Shown: positions 27,201 through 42,200, counted from the stretch's first letter. The stretch is DNA of 64,000 bases from Tubulanus polymorphus (GCF_964204645.1 NC_134028.1:6696001-6760000); one strand, 5' to 3'. Notes: generated from the letters alone by a model not told the origin. Made by a program: numbers and translations.

Positions 27201-30200
27201 AAAATTTAGTTACCTTTTCCTACAATTTGGCCTCGAATCAAGTTACTTTGGAAGCATATGCAAATTTTGAACAAAAAAGCATGAATGTTTGAGTGAATGT
27301 TTTGGAATCAATACTCTAATTTTCTTTAAGCCGGCATCTGGGCAGACCTTTCGACGAAGAGCGGGGTAGGGAATTTGTTTGAAGCGCCAGACCCCTCCTA
27401 GATGCGGGCGTGGGTATGGTTCGCTATTGGGTCCCTGATTATCCAGGTACAGTCTTTACCCAGTGCTAGACACAGATTATCTTGTCTATGAAGTCAAACA
27501 GTTTAAAATCACATTTATCATTTTAGATTGAACAGTTTGTCAATTACGAACACATTTCTCACTTTCTCGATAAACTTCACTGGCACCAGATAATGATATA
27601 TGTATTTGATCATGCGTATTTGAGGTTTCGTTTTTTCCTAGTTTTTCCAGTGTGCCACCGATGACAGAGGTTAGACAGATAAGCGCCTATCAATTATCAG
27701 GGCGTAATGGTTACATCAAAACTCATTCGATGAAAGATTATGACAGACCCAGTGTTTGTACTTATGAAAAACTTTAAATTTCAGGAGAATTGGATATTTA
27801 CAAATTTAGAAATTGATGAAACACTATATTCGTGTTATGACGATAATCTTGGAGAATCCTACAATAATAACGAAAAAATGATATCAAATCCGAAAATTTT
27901 TCCTTGATTCTAGTTTATTCGACTAGATTCTAGTAGTTATCTAAGAACATATTCCTGAAGATGGCTATTAGAATATAGTTAAAACGTCGAATAAACTATC
28001 TTAAAGGAAACATTTTTGGACTTAATGTTTTTTTCGTTATCATCGTGGAATTCATTGTAGATTAAATATTCAGCCCTCTGGCTTTATATTGGCATTTATA
28101 AAAATATAAAAAAAATTCGAGTGATTTCATATTTTTCTAACGCTCGTTAACGAAGTGCGTCGCTAACCTTTGGTCGTTATTAGTTTTCGGTGCAATTTAA
28201 CGCTGATCAAAAAGCTCTTAATAACCGTACGCCATCGTACATAAACACAGTTATTATTGCTCTGTGGTGGAATCTGACTGTTTGGCGAGATCAATTATCT
28301 AATCAGGTCAATTCGGAAGATCAACATACTTGCATGCGCTTTGTTTGAAAAACGCTGACAATATTTAGATATTTGATGACAATTAATCGGACCAATTTAT
28401 CATCGGTTGTTCAGGTTTGAAATGAAATGGTAGCCGTATTCCTGTCGCGATGGATGTGTAGGTTGTTTCAGTGCAGTGTTAATGGTTTCTGGCATATCCC
28501 TCCACGTAGCCCTGATACTTGTCCACGGACACCGAGTTTAGAAGAGTTTTACGTCCCAAATGCAAGTAACGGTGTAACCCTAGTGGGCTTGGTTCCCAGT
28601 CTTCCACTCAACCAACTGAGCTAACGGCACAGGACAAATGGGGGCCTGTGCCTGTTTGCCAAAAAGTCAGACCAGGACCGGGCCAAATGTAAGCATGGCT
28701 TAAACTATTGAGAGTGAATGGTTACTGGTTCTGGTAGTCACTCGTCTAGCATCGTTTAGTGGGCCTATGAACGCGCTCTCTAATTTGGCATGGCTAAATT
28801 TGACTCAAGTCTGATCCGGGCCAAAATGTCTCCAAGTGATCAATTTAATCGAAATAGAAGTCAACTATTCTTATTCAACGCTGCAGATTTTCTTCTTCAG
28901 ATTTGTTCGTGGTAGGCTACCGTTATTTCTGTCATTATGTCAGCAGCTGTGCTCTAGTTTTTTTCGACTTATCTTTTATCGGGTTCCTTATCAGTGGTAT
29001 CTGTCAACAATCAGCGATGCGTGAAAATAGTTGACGGTAACCCCAGCGGGATTCTGGTAACGAAAGAAGTATCTTTATTACTGGTTTGACCTGAATAGGT
29101 TACTTCTGAACTCTCTCTTATTTAGGACTCGTACCTCAGGTTTCAACAGAGGAAAAATCATTTTCACATAATGCAGCATGGGGTCCCTCACTAAGGTCAG
29201 ACATCTTTGAAGAAACACATATGCTAAAAGACGCAATTTCCTAAAGGACGAGTGTCAAATCTGCACAATCTCCTTTTTTGATGAAAAGGGCAACCACAAT
29301 AAAAAGGCAGGGGTCCACACCCCTCTGACCACCCCCTAAATCCGCCCTTGCATGGCTATTTTAGAATGTAAAACATCTAGTAAAAAACCACTATGGTCAT
29401 TGGTGAAACACTATGTCCATGAGTTGAGATGCTTTACATATTCGCATTTGAGAGAGAATTCTACAGTAATATAACGAGAATGATGAAGTCCGAAAAGTTT
29501 CCTTTGATTTATTGATTCGAAGATGACTTGTAGGTTATAGTCGAAACGTCGAATCAAATGACTATTAGCTTAATGGAAACTTTTTGGACTTCATCTTCTC
29601 GTTATATCAGTGTGGAATTCTCTCTCAACTCGCTAAGTGAGTTTTCTATCCTAATAACGTAGTCTTTTTTTATTGTAACACGGCGGTGAAGTAAGAATTT
29701 ACTAAAAATTTCCTCCTGTGTGTTAGACTGACGGGTTACATTTTCGTTGTTTTCGTTCAGTGACAAATGAAATTACGTTTTATCGGTTCTGTTATTATCC
29801 AGAGATTCAAAAATACAAGATTACGAAACACCTGGAAACAACAACAAAAAACCTCACAGATCTTTGATGTACATATAAACCTACATATACACGTATTACA
29901 TGATGTTTATTTTGTTTCAGTTCGTATTTAAGCGTATTCAAACACATGTTTGTATATATCTCTATCTCATGTTGGTTGATATTTTCTACAAGTTTTTGAT
30001 TACTTGGAGTACTTTGACGTAAAGCAAGTCACACATTTTTCTGTATAAATCACAGTTCGGTACTCGAAAAACGCCTGATAAAAATGCCGAATCAGAGAAC
30101 GGTTATCCTGAAAATTAACCGTGTTCAGTTATTTGCTGATATTCATGATTCATTTGAATTCCATCCATTAGCGGAATGCCAAGTGTTAGGCTAGTGTTTT

Positions 30201-33200
30201 TATTGAGAGTATATATATAGAAGAAAAAAAAAACAGAAAATAGTGACACTTGACTGCCCTCTATAAAACCTTACCTATCTTGAGAGCACATGAATCATTA
30301 TTTTCTGGAAATTTGTCGCTTTCGATCAGACTTTTGAATAAGCCCCAATAATTCAGTGTTCCAGAGACTTAGATTTATTTCAGAACTTTTAAAAGATTTT
30401 AATGTTTTTTTGCAGAATCTTACCGTTTGGAGAATGGATCCATGCACTATGTGTAAATGTGACAGCCCGAACCCGGTTTGTGAATCGGTCCGATGTAGAG
30501 CTACCAGGCTGTGTAACATTTCGAAGGTAAAGATTTGAAAACCGTACTCTTGGTGTGCTGGGCTAGAGGTTTCTCAAAAAGTTATAATATTATCCAACCA
30601 ATTTTCCTTAAGTTACAGTTACTAAGTTGAAACGTCTATAAAGGTTTAACCCTTTCAGTGCGTCTACACCGCAGTGCGGTGTATAAATCAGTAATAGATT
30701 TTGCTAGTACACCGTACTGCGGTGTATTGATGTAATAAGTAATTATCTCTCTTGAAAAAAGGCAGCACCTGTCAAACATAGTGACTAACTACATACCACG
30801 CTGCGGAATGGACGCACTATAATGGTATTCCCGTTATTCAACATACTAGGGTGGAATTTTTAAAATTTTTCAAATTATCTCCAACACTATAGGGTATTGG
30901 TTAGTCAGCACTGAAAGGGTTAGAATTAATCGAAAAATGATGCAAAACCACAATTGGACATAAAAAGAACAATTTAGAGTAAGAAAAGCATCTCAAAACA
31001 ATTTCCAAAAATGTTAGCAAAAGACTAGGGTCGTACGGAAATGACCCCCTCAAGCTGATATTTGGGAAAAAGGAATGATATTTATTGGTACTCATAAACG
31101 TTATAAGCAAGCCATATAGCAACAATTTACTGCGCTAACTACTATTTGTTGATACTTTTGATGTTACTCGAGTTCTGGTCTTTGTAAAAACTGTTTGTCT
31201 ACGGATGTCGGCAATGATGATGATGAAAATAAATATATCGCATTGTTCTTATCTAACCTCTGCCAGTTTGCACAATGTATAATAGTTATATTTCTGCGAA
31301 GGTGTATTAAACCTGTAGGTATAATTCCGCACTACACATATTTCCGGTCTGCGTTAATTTTTTATCCTGAAAATTCCGTATTTTTATCAAATTTGCTGAT
31401 GAATTTGTGATCAAATGGACTCTTTTGGCCCATGCCAGATTAAGGCCAGAATAACTGGTCACAAATGGGCCTGTGCCTGTTTGGTTCGACCAAAAACGTC
31501 TGACCAGGCCCGAGCTGATTTTAGCACGGGCCAAATTATGGCTCCTTAATGACTCACTTCACTTTGTTTAAGCATTGTTTAGTGCCAAATTTGACTCGGG
31601 CTTGATCCATGCCAATGTGGTCCGCGGCCCAAATCGTGTCCATGTTATCACTTCGTGCTTTCTGATGGAAATCTGTGCAAATCTATTTCATTTGCATTAT
31701 TTCTGAATTTTTCTGACTGAATATTAACAAATTATGTCATATTTTTATTGTTCACCTCGCAGTCAAGGTTGGCCTCATTATTACATCCAGACGTAAAGTG
31801 TTATAGTTTACTAAACAACCTGTCAACATACGTATAGTGCCTCTGCGCGTAGAATAATAATTAGTATTTATATGAACCCCTTTAAAAAATGGAAACAATT
31901 ACGGTATTCATCAAATGGTGTTTCTTTTCCATTCATTATTACTGATCTTAGGTGTAAACCTTCACTGCTGCAATGAATCTCTTATAAAAACTTCAGTTAT
32001 TGCAGAATTCTTGGTTACGTTGGAAACGAATTCAGTCAAATTTCTACATTTTTAGGGCGACTACTTACACATCCCAGCCGACCAGTGCTGCCCAGTCTGT
32101 AGACGAAATCCTAAACCTTGTCGATCACCGCATTCACCCAGTCAGTACATACAGGTATGTCTTCGAGACCCGTTGCAAAGTTATGGTTTAGATGAGGTTC
32201 ACGGTTGAGTTAAACATTTCTGAGTCTAAATCGCAACGGTGGAAACTTGTGAATAACTAAGAATTGATGAAAATGATATTGTTCCGAAGTATGGTTTAGA
32301 CAGGGCCCAAGATCCAGTTGATTTCTACATTTTCAATTTTTGATCGAATTAGTAATTTACTTAGAATTTGATGAAAAAATCATTGCAAAAATTTCTTTGC
32401 ATTTAAACACCAAAAAAAAATGTTCTTGTTAGATCTGTTAATATCATTTGGTGATTTTTGATTAGCACAATGAAGAATGGAGTGAGAAATCATGTCAGAG
32501 ATGTGTGTGTTATGACGGTCGCGTGAGTTGTCGCGGTAATACATGTCCCACCGTACGGTGTAATCCGGGAACCGTCACGCAACAACTTAGCGGAAAATGT
32601 TGCCCTCAATGCGTTCCTATCGGCCGTAAGTAGTAGTCCCAGTCCCGAGAAATAGTAGTTTAAATCGAGACGATACTCAATATATCCGCGTAAGTGAATA
32701 TATGAGAGAAATCCAACAATAATTCAGCCAAAGATGTTTAGTTCTATAGTAATAGAGTATGTATTTGAGCAAGACTATCAGCCATCATCAGCAGGAGCGG
32801 ATTCAGACGGTAGCACCGTAGGCACGTGCTACCGTTGCGAAAATCTCGTGCCCTTTTTTTTCATGCCCGAAGTAGAAAAGGGCACTTTTTTACAAGAAAA
32901 AGGTAGATGGTTTTGAATAAAAAGCACATCATTTTTCAAGATTTTGTCTTTATTTCCTGGAAACTGCATCTCAAAGCAGTAAAAATGCTAGAAAGCACTT
33001 CGCCTCAGGACTTGAATCGCTTGGAATTTGCAGCAAAAAGCAGATTTTCAAAATTTCAGAATGCCCTTTTTAATTTCAAAATGCCCTTTTCATAAGTTGT
33101 GCTACCCTCGACAGTGGTCCCTGGATCGCCCCTGGTCAGGCGTGAATAGTCTTAAGCTGAAACATTGCTCAAGAGTTTTTCATCTTTGGCTGAATTATTG

Positions 33201-36200
33201 TTGGATTTCTCTTGTATTGTAATTTAAATTTGTTGATGGTGGAATAGGGTCCTGATTACTGGAGCTCTGTGAAAATGGACCAGGAAATCTAAAAGAAAAG
33301 ATTTGTGAATGTTATGTCTGTTTTCTGGAAGTTATGTTGATAAATAGAAGCCGTATAAGCAAAGAAAGATAGAGTTGAATTAACTAATTGTAAAAATATG
33401 AAAAGAAATTCTATCTGGCAAAAAACATTCACAAAAACAGATCCCTATTTCACTGTTATGTCTACAGGTTGCTTTGGTTTAGTCTTTGTTTGATATAATT
33501 TATTTATTTCAGAATCATGTAATCATGAAAGTGTTGTATACTCTGACGGGCGTATATGGAACCCAGCGCCGTGTGTCCAGTGTCTTTGTAGAAATGGCCG
33601 TGTCAGCTGTTACACTCAACAATGTCCAAAATCCATGTGTAAAAAGGTTGATAGGTTTTCAGAATTTCCACCCTGCATTACCATAGATCCAGTTCCATTC
33701 TGAACTAGGCTTGACTATTCATCTAAAACTGGTCTTGATTAACTAGATTAGTTGAATAATGATTCAAAATGAAGCTTATAAGTCTTCACTCTTTGAGCTG
33801 AATCCTAAGTTAAGGCACGGGTCTTAATTCTTTGGGCCACATTTTATAGATCCACGATTTCACTACCGTATATGCAATAGACTAATTTCATTCATTAGGA
33901 AGATGTAGTTGCCCCGACTCGTGGTGAATGTTGTCCAAAATGTTTAAAACACGGCTGTCAGAGGGGAGATGATCAGTATTTGGTAGGTACCGGTACGCAC
34001 AATCCATTTACACAAGCGTCATTTTGCCCAAAGTGTATCTATCGGATCAAACCATATAGAATTTAACGGCAACCACAGGAAATAATTCAACCCATTCAGT
34101 GTGTCTACACTGCAGTGCGATGTATAATTCAGTGATGGACTTTGCTAGTACACAGCATTGCAGTGTATTGATGTTATTAGTGATTAGTTTTAATCTCTAT
34201 TGAAAGATGGTAGCATCTGTAAAACATATTGAAATATTAGTAACTACCGATACATCGCACAGTGATGTAGACACACTATAGCAGCATGCCCATTATTCAA
34301 AACATTTGGGTGGAATTTTTAGTAATTTTCAAATTATCTCCAGCACTTCGAGTTTTAATTAGTCAGCACTGAAAGGGTTAAGCCCCAGGAAATATTTCTT
34401 GTTGTGAATTTTCATGTTCAAAAATTTCATTTCAGGAAGGAGAATCGTGGAAGTTGAATCCGTGTACTATTTGTTCGTGCCATTACGGACAGATCTCGTG
34501 TTCGTATAAATCATGTTCAATGCTAAATTGTAAACAGGTGGGTAAAGATTGGAGTCTTGAAATTCTGCTCTGTATATATTGCTACATTGGGAACATTCGA
34601 AAATTAGATCTATTCCATAATTATTGTTCCGGGCCTAATTTCTTTACCAAAAATGTTTGTGTGGTCGTGACTAAAGATGAATGTAAACGATATGCATGCT
34701 GTAATGTAGAGAATGTTTTGAAATACTGAGTTGTTCTTATATATAACTTCATGTTCTCGATATCTTAATGATTATGACATACCTGTTAAACACATTGATC
34801 TAAAGCATAATATTATGATTGACAACAACAAGATAAATACTGGTACACCGTACTGATGAATGTTACTTAAAATTTTCAGAATGAAAAAGCGGTGAAAATC
34901 GAGGGTGAATGTTGCCCGAAATGTGTTCCTAATGAAGGTAAAAATGGATCATTATTCTTTTTGAAATCTAAACAGTCAAACCTTTCGGGTAAAAAGTATT
35001 CGATCGATCTAGCAGCAATCGATGAGAACTTTATTGGAATGGATTCTATCGGATGGCATTGAAAATTAATCGGATAAGAATTTTTTTTTAAATGAATGTA
35101 TTGAAAAAAAAACTTTCTACCTGATTATGTCCTTCAACTATCACTATTTCATATTTTTTTTTCATGATTCTATCTTTTATTTTCAGGTGTTTGTATTCAC
35201 CGGGCGAAGGTATATTACAGCGAGGCCGTGTGGAACGTATCTCATTGTGATTACTGCCAGTGTCTAGATGGTAATGTCTCCTGCCATCGGGCTGAATGCG
35301 ACAAACTCAACTGCGCCAAGGTACCCCGCAAAATATAGATTTGAAAAAATGATTTGAGGAAAAAAGATTTGAGGAAATAAAAAATTTATTCGAGTGACTG
35401 TTACCTGTGGTTGGAAATGTCAGGTATAATGGGATTGTATCAAAATTTTTGTCTATTCGAACATGCTAACTGTATGAGTGGTATATGATTGAAAATTTTC
35501 GCAAGCTTTTTTACTGAAAGTTACAGGTTTAAACCCTTCAGGTATGGGCTTGTGAATGGGTTTGAATGTTTAGCCCAAGTCAGCATTATAGTGCATTATG
35601 TAGGAAGAGTAAATCTGAGAATTTAGAAATGCGTTAATGCATTAGCTGAAATATGAAAGCGTATAATATCAGAATAAGAGAAGTTCCATGAAAATAGATC
35701 TCCAATAGTTGACGCGTTCTGTGACACCCTACATGCCAGTTAGGTGGTGACTTTACTGGATGGTTGACAGTAGACACCCTACACACCAGTTAGGTGATAT
35801 AATTGTATGAGACGATTTTACAGTAGACACCCTAATTACAAGCCAGTAAGGTGATGACTTTACAGGATTGTTGACAGTAGACACCCTACATGCTAGTTAG
35901 TTACATGACTGCACAGGACTGTTGACTGTAGACAACATACCCATTGTAATATTACAACCAAATTGCTGTTATCAAGAAAGATTTGGAAAGAAAATCCATT
36001 TTCTTGAGTCTCTTGCATACATCTTATCAGGAAATTTCAAAATTTTACCGGTCCTCATTGTGTTAAAAATCAAATTTTTCAGTAACTATAGAAATAAGGG
36101 CACTGAGGGAATCTGATGAATAGTAAATGAAGATGTTATGTTCTAGTAAAACAGCGAAAGATCTCACGGATTATTACTTGGAACTGATAAATCTCCACCA

Positions 36201-39200
36201 CTATTTTCATTTGAATCATGTTGGATTTACTGTGGGAGCAAGCAACTGTCAGACTAACATATTTGATATGTATATATTTATGTGATCCGTGAAGTTATGT
36301 GACTTGTGAAAAATACTGTGCTAATGACTTAGGTCGTTATGAGGAGAGAATCCCACAATGATAATAAAAAGTCCGAAAATGAAACTTCGAGATAGTAGTT
36401 TATTTCAACGTTTCGACTATATCCTAATAGTCATCTTCAGGAATAATGAGATACTACAGAAATTATGAGATATATATATATATACAATCCAGAGACAAAG
36501 AGACTAATTCAAGTAATCAGAGATGATACAAATTAAAGGAAAATAAACATAGAAACAGTTACACACGCTAAAATAGATTAAAGGGAAGCAAACTAAGGGG
36601 TAATTATAAACAAAAATAGTGAGTATAAATATAAATGAAACTTAAAGTCAGCAGTAAAAAGAAAGACAAACTAGGGGGCACTTAAATTAAAACAAAGGTG
36701 AATACAAGTTAAGTCAGAGACGAAATTGATGAGAGAACAAATAACAAATAATCAAAGGGGAAATCAAGTGTTGAGTTTAACCAGTTTACAGAGGAATTTT
36801 GATATAAGTTTATTATGGGGTGAAAAACCATTGTTAAGGTTTACAACGTTGTTTGAATTTTCAATAATTAATGCAGATTCCAAAATATGTCTTCTAGTTT
36901 TATCGCTGCAAGGGTAAATTAATTCAGCATTAGCAAAATCAAAATTGTGTGAAGTCTGAAAAACATGACTAGCAACTCCGTTTTCAGGTTTAAAGTTTTT
37001 TACATCTAATTTATGCTCTTTTATGCGTTAATTCCGTCAATCTCAAAATTATTTGAAGTCACACGTACCGGACCTATTCCTCTGGAAATCGCTCTCCACT
37101 ATTGTTCAAGGCTCTGGAAAATATCATCAGCACAGAAAGTCCGTGGATCTTACCAACCAACTGAATAAACTCATTGATTCCAGCCCTTGGACTAGATTTA
37201 GCAACACCGAAAACATAGTAAATTTGTCTTCAACCACGTTATCTCCTACTCAGTGTCAACTTCTCGGCTACGGTTTGAATTTTTCTCTTCCTCATCAAGA
37301 TAAACATGTTTTAGACTTTGTCACCCAATTGGAATATCGCAAATCATCTCCGAACAGTTTGGACTATAACTTTACATTCATGAATCTACAGGCTATTTGC
37401 GATCAACTCAACAGGAACCTCTTTGGATATCTACCTCGTCGATTTCGGCTCGCCCTCCAAGAACTACGGAAGTTAAAGACTATTAAAATATCTAAGGCTG
37501 ATAAAGGTGGCAAGATTGTGATTTTAGATCTGGATAATCATAATGTTAAAATGCAATCTCTCTTGGATAATCCTGGTGTTTATAAGAAACTTAAATCGAA
37601 TCCTCTTCCTCGTATGCAAGCTAATTTCAACAGAAGTCTTTCGGATATTATTAAACGTTTCCCCTCCGCTAAAGAAACTCTGAATAAGTTCCATTCACGT
37701 CTTCCCTCTTTACCATATATCTATGGATTGCCTAAAATTCATAAAGATAATGTTCCACTGCGCCCTATAGTCTCCAATTGTAATTCTCCTACATACCGGT
37801 TATCTAAATTTCTCGCGAAACAGTTATCTCCGGTGCTCGGTTCGTTCTCTCCGTCGCACCTTCGCCATAATCAACACTTACTTGAACGTATTAAGAATAT
37901 TATCCCTGGCAACGACAAATTTATATCATTTGATGTTACTTCCCTTTTCACCAATGTTCCTCTTGGACCTACTCTTGATTTCTTAAAACGCAGATTACCA
38001 TCACTTAATATTAACTTCGGCATTCCTATGGATTGTATCATCGACCTTATCTCTATTTGTACGACGGACTCCTTTTTTGAATTTAACAATTGTTTTTACG
38101 AACAGACATTCGGTATCGCTATGGGAAATCCTCTTAGTCCTATTCTAGCTAATTTATTCCTAGAACATGTTGAATCTGAAATATTGCCTCTTTATACTGA
38201 TATTCACCCTAAAATCTGGCTCAGATATGTTGACGATGTTCTGGCTTTGGTTCCCTTTGACTTCAATGTTGATAACTTTCTTATATATTTAAACTCCCTT
38301 TACCCGTCTCTGGCTTTTACGTATGAATGGGAATCTAATAGTAAAATACCTTTTCTGGATGTTCTGATTTTTAACTGTGGATCCTTTTTGAAATTCGCGG
38401 TTTATAGGAAACCTACCAACGCTGAATCCTACCTCCATTACTTCTCTTTTACTTCTCCGGATATTAAACTCGGTTTAGCTCAAGGATTATTTCTTCGCGC
38501 TTTGAGAATTTGCGACCCCTCATTTCTACCCGATGAAATTCAACATATTAACCAATCTCTCAAAAAACTTGCCTATCCCGATTTCCTATTGAAAAAAGCT
38601 CTACTTAAAGCTCGTACTACGCATTTTAGAAATAACAACCTTAGAACTCCTACGTTGGCTACCGATAAACAGCCTATCATTGTACCGTATGTACCTTTCC
38701 TCGAGAATTCTAAAGTTTCTCTTCGGTCACTAAATAAACAACTTATCTTTAAATACAATAATAAACTTAGTAACATATTGATTAATAACAAACCGAAAAC
38801 CGAATCCCTAAACTGTGGAATTTATAAAATACCTTGTAAAGTTTGCGACAAAGTATTTATAGGAGAAACAGGTCGGAACCTTAATCAATGCATAAAAGAG
38901 CATAAATTAGATGTAAAAAACTTTAAAACTGAAAGCGGAGTTGCTAGTCATGTTTTTCAGACTTCACACAATTTTGATTTTGCTAATGCTGAATTAATTT
39001 ACCCTTGCAGCGATAAAACTAGAAGACATATTTTGGAATCTGCATTAATTATTGAAAATTCAAACAACGTTGTAAACCTTAACAATGGTTTTTCACCCCA
39101 TAATAAACTTATATCAAAATTCCTCTGTAAACTGGTTAAACTCAACACTTGATTTCCCCTTTGATTATTTGTTATTTGTTCTCTCATCAATTTCGTCTCT

Positions 39201-42200
39201 GACTTAACTTGTATTCACCTTTGTTTTAATTTAAGTGCCCCCTAGTTTGTCTTTCTTTTTACTGCTGACTTTAAGTTTCATTTATATTTATACTCACTAT
39301 TTTTGTTTATAATTACCCCTTAGTTTGCTTCCCTTTAATCTATTTTAGCGTGTAACTGTTTCTACGTTAATTTTCCTTTAGTTTGTATCATCTCTGATTA
39401 CTTGAATTAGTCTCTTTGTCTCTGGATTGTATATATATCTCATGATTTCTGTAGTATCTCATTATTCCTGAAGATGACTATTAGGATATAGTCGAAACGT
39501 TGAAATAAACGACTATCTCAAAGTTTCATTTTCGGACTTTTTATTATCATTGTGGGATTCTCTCCTCATCGCGTCAACACGGATATAGTGTTCTACCAAT
39601 CGTGATTAGGTCGTTATATAAGGTTTAATGATTATAAAGATTAATGTTATGAGGGTTAGGGCAATTATATTCGCTTTTTATGGAAACACGATGAATCTGA
39701 CACTTTTCGAGCCGCCTTCAGAGTTGTGGCAAGCGGCCGTCTGGTACGCGTACAATTTCGTAGTCTATTTCATTTGGATAGTCGGTAGTATCGGCAGCAT
39801 TCTTACGTTAGTTTTGCTCACGCGATTGCGCAATGAACTAGATGGCCCGAGCTCTCAATACTTGTTTTCGCTGGCCACATCGGATTTGATTTATTTGAAC
39901 ACGATGTCGTTGAAATGGCTGGAGAAGATCAGCGTGGCATCGGGCACCGGTTTTGACGTGTACGTATTCTACATATCCTCCGAGTTTGCCTGCAAGTTTC
40001 TACTGGTAACGGTGAATATCTCGGTGAAACTGTCTACGTGGACTTTGTGTATTTTTGCTATCGAAAGATCACTCGCAATTTCTATGCCTCTTAAAGTCGC
40101 CGACTACTTTACTAAAGTTCGACGGAAATATCTGATCGTATGTCAATGGACCATCGCGATCGTCATAGAGAGCTCTTTTACCAACTTATACGGAATTCGC
40201 ACCTTCTCAGACGGACGTAAAAACTGTATGTTATTTCCGAATTACTCGTCGGATAAGAATGCCGGACTTAGAATAGCATTTTCGATGTACGTTCGCGTAA
40301 CGCACTTTATTGTGCCTTACATCATAAACTCCTCCTGCGTAATCGTCATCGCTAAGAAACTAACGGCGAGACCGTCTAAAGCTTCGACTAATGTACAAAA
40401 TATTTCTAATCAAGACAGAACATGCATCAAAAACCTCGTAGCGATTGCTTCTTTATACCTAATTCTATCCCTACCTAATAACATCGTTAATTCTATTTTC
40501 TATGCGAAACCTACAGTTTTGACTTGGCCCCGTAAACCTCATATGATTCATTTCGTTTCTTTGATAACAGTGACAATCGAAACATCGAACAATGCCATGA
40601 ATTTTTTTATCTATTTCGCCAGCTTTAGAAAGTTTCGAAGAGAAATGAGGAATTTTTTCACCAAGATTATCCGCAGATAGGTGAAATGGGAATGTGCACA
40701 CTCTAGAAGTATACAGAATATATATAAGTATACAGAAAGTTCACAAAATCTGGTTTATGTAGACCTGCGACACACCAGAAAATACGCTTATTCAAGCTAC
40801 ATCATGGATGAAAAATGTACCAGTGAATAGATTTCAAATGTTAAGTTTTGAAATATTAACATTATATATGATATAATTAGGGTTTTTCTGTTTCACAGAA
40901 AACCCTATTGATATTCGCGTGTTAATTATTATTTGACAATTGACGTCAAAACTGCAAAGGCTTTCTTACCTTAGCGCAGTTTCCGATACAATCCGTTTTA
41001 TTTCATTTAGCTCACTTCGATCTACAGATATTGCATGGGAATTTTGATGAATCAATGTTACAAAAGCACTGTCAGGCCGTAAACATCGAAAATTGGGCCC
41101 CATTCAATGAGGAAACATGTTTTTCTGAGTCGTCATCCCGAAATCCACCGGAGGCTGCTCGTCGCTTCGATTATCAATTCAAGTGTAAATAAACAAATTT
41201 ATTGCCGCAAGACGTCACATTCAGCCACGGTCTTCAAACAGTAAATTTTAACAATTAGCCATTTTCTTCATCACTACATTTAACCGACCGACAGGATATA
41301 ATTTACTACTATAAATATTATAAGCACTGTCGAGCTGTAAAGATCGATGAATCAACTTGTGTCTTTACATCTTCATTAGTTAACGCCTTCTGTGACACCC
41401 TACATGCTAATGTCTATTTATTAATGAATGAGACCTGTTTTTCTTGGATATTTTGCTTACTTTTTGGGGTACATACCTCATTTATGTCTTAACAGAATGC
41501 CAAAAATCGCGGACAACAACTGAATATCCGATATATTTCCAGTTCTGTACCATTTAGATGGATTGGCAAAAAGACTCCTTAAGTCCAGTTGAATGAGAGA
41601 GAAAATCCTCCATTTTGTGAAATTTCTTGAATTTTTACATTGTCACCATGCCTACGAAATGAAGTTATTTTTCTTGTGGGGTCTCAACAACTAAATCAGG
41701 GTGGCGTAGGCAGTTTAACCAGTTTACAGAGGAATTTTGATATAAGTTTATTATGGGGTGAAAAACCATTGTTAAGGTTTACAACGTTGTTCGAATTTTC
41801 AATAATTAATGCAGATTCCAAAATATGTCTTCTAGTTTTATCGCTGCAAGGGTAAATTAATTCAGCATTAGCAAAATCAAAATTGTGTGAAGTCTGAAAA
41901 ACATGACTAGCAACTCCGCTTTCAGGTTGTAGTCGAAACGTTGAAATAAACTACTATCTCAAAGTTTCATTTTCGGACTTTTTATTATCATTGTGGGATT
42001 CTCTCCTCATCGCGTCAACACGGATATAGTGTTCTACCAATCGTGATTAGGTCGTTATATAAGGTTTAATGATTATAAAGATTAATGTTACGAGGGTTTG
42101 GGCAATTATATTCGCTTTTTATCGAAACATGATGAATCTGACACTTTTCGAGCCGCCTTCAGAGTTGTGGCAAGCGGCCGTCTGGTACGCGTACAATTTC

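Larger units (their letters stand above)
36341..39606 (+). mobile_element. Penelope-like retroelement (Penelope/Poseidon type), 5'-truncated, preceded by an inverted copy of its 3' end
   Basis: About 36339-37033 is the reverse complement of about 38883-39569; the 3' tail ending at 39606 is absent from the inverted arm; direct repeat TAGGTCGTTAT at 36330-36340 and 39607-39617 (TSD). Confidence 0.93.

Noticed and set aside
36341-40680. GPCR as cargo captured inside the PLE
   Set aside because: The TSD closes the element at 39606-39617, before the GPCR ORF, so the receptor is flanking host DNA.
36726-41855. Repeated small ORFs containing SLTSLQRNFDISLLWGEKP (36726, 38999, 41640)
   Set aside because: Antisense frame of the PLE endonuclease end, repeated only because the DNA is duplicated.
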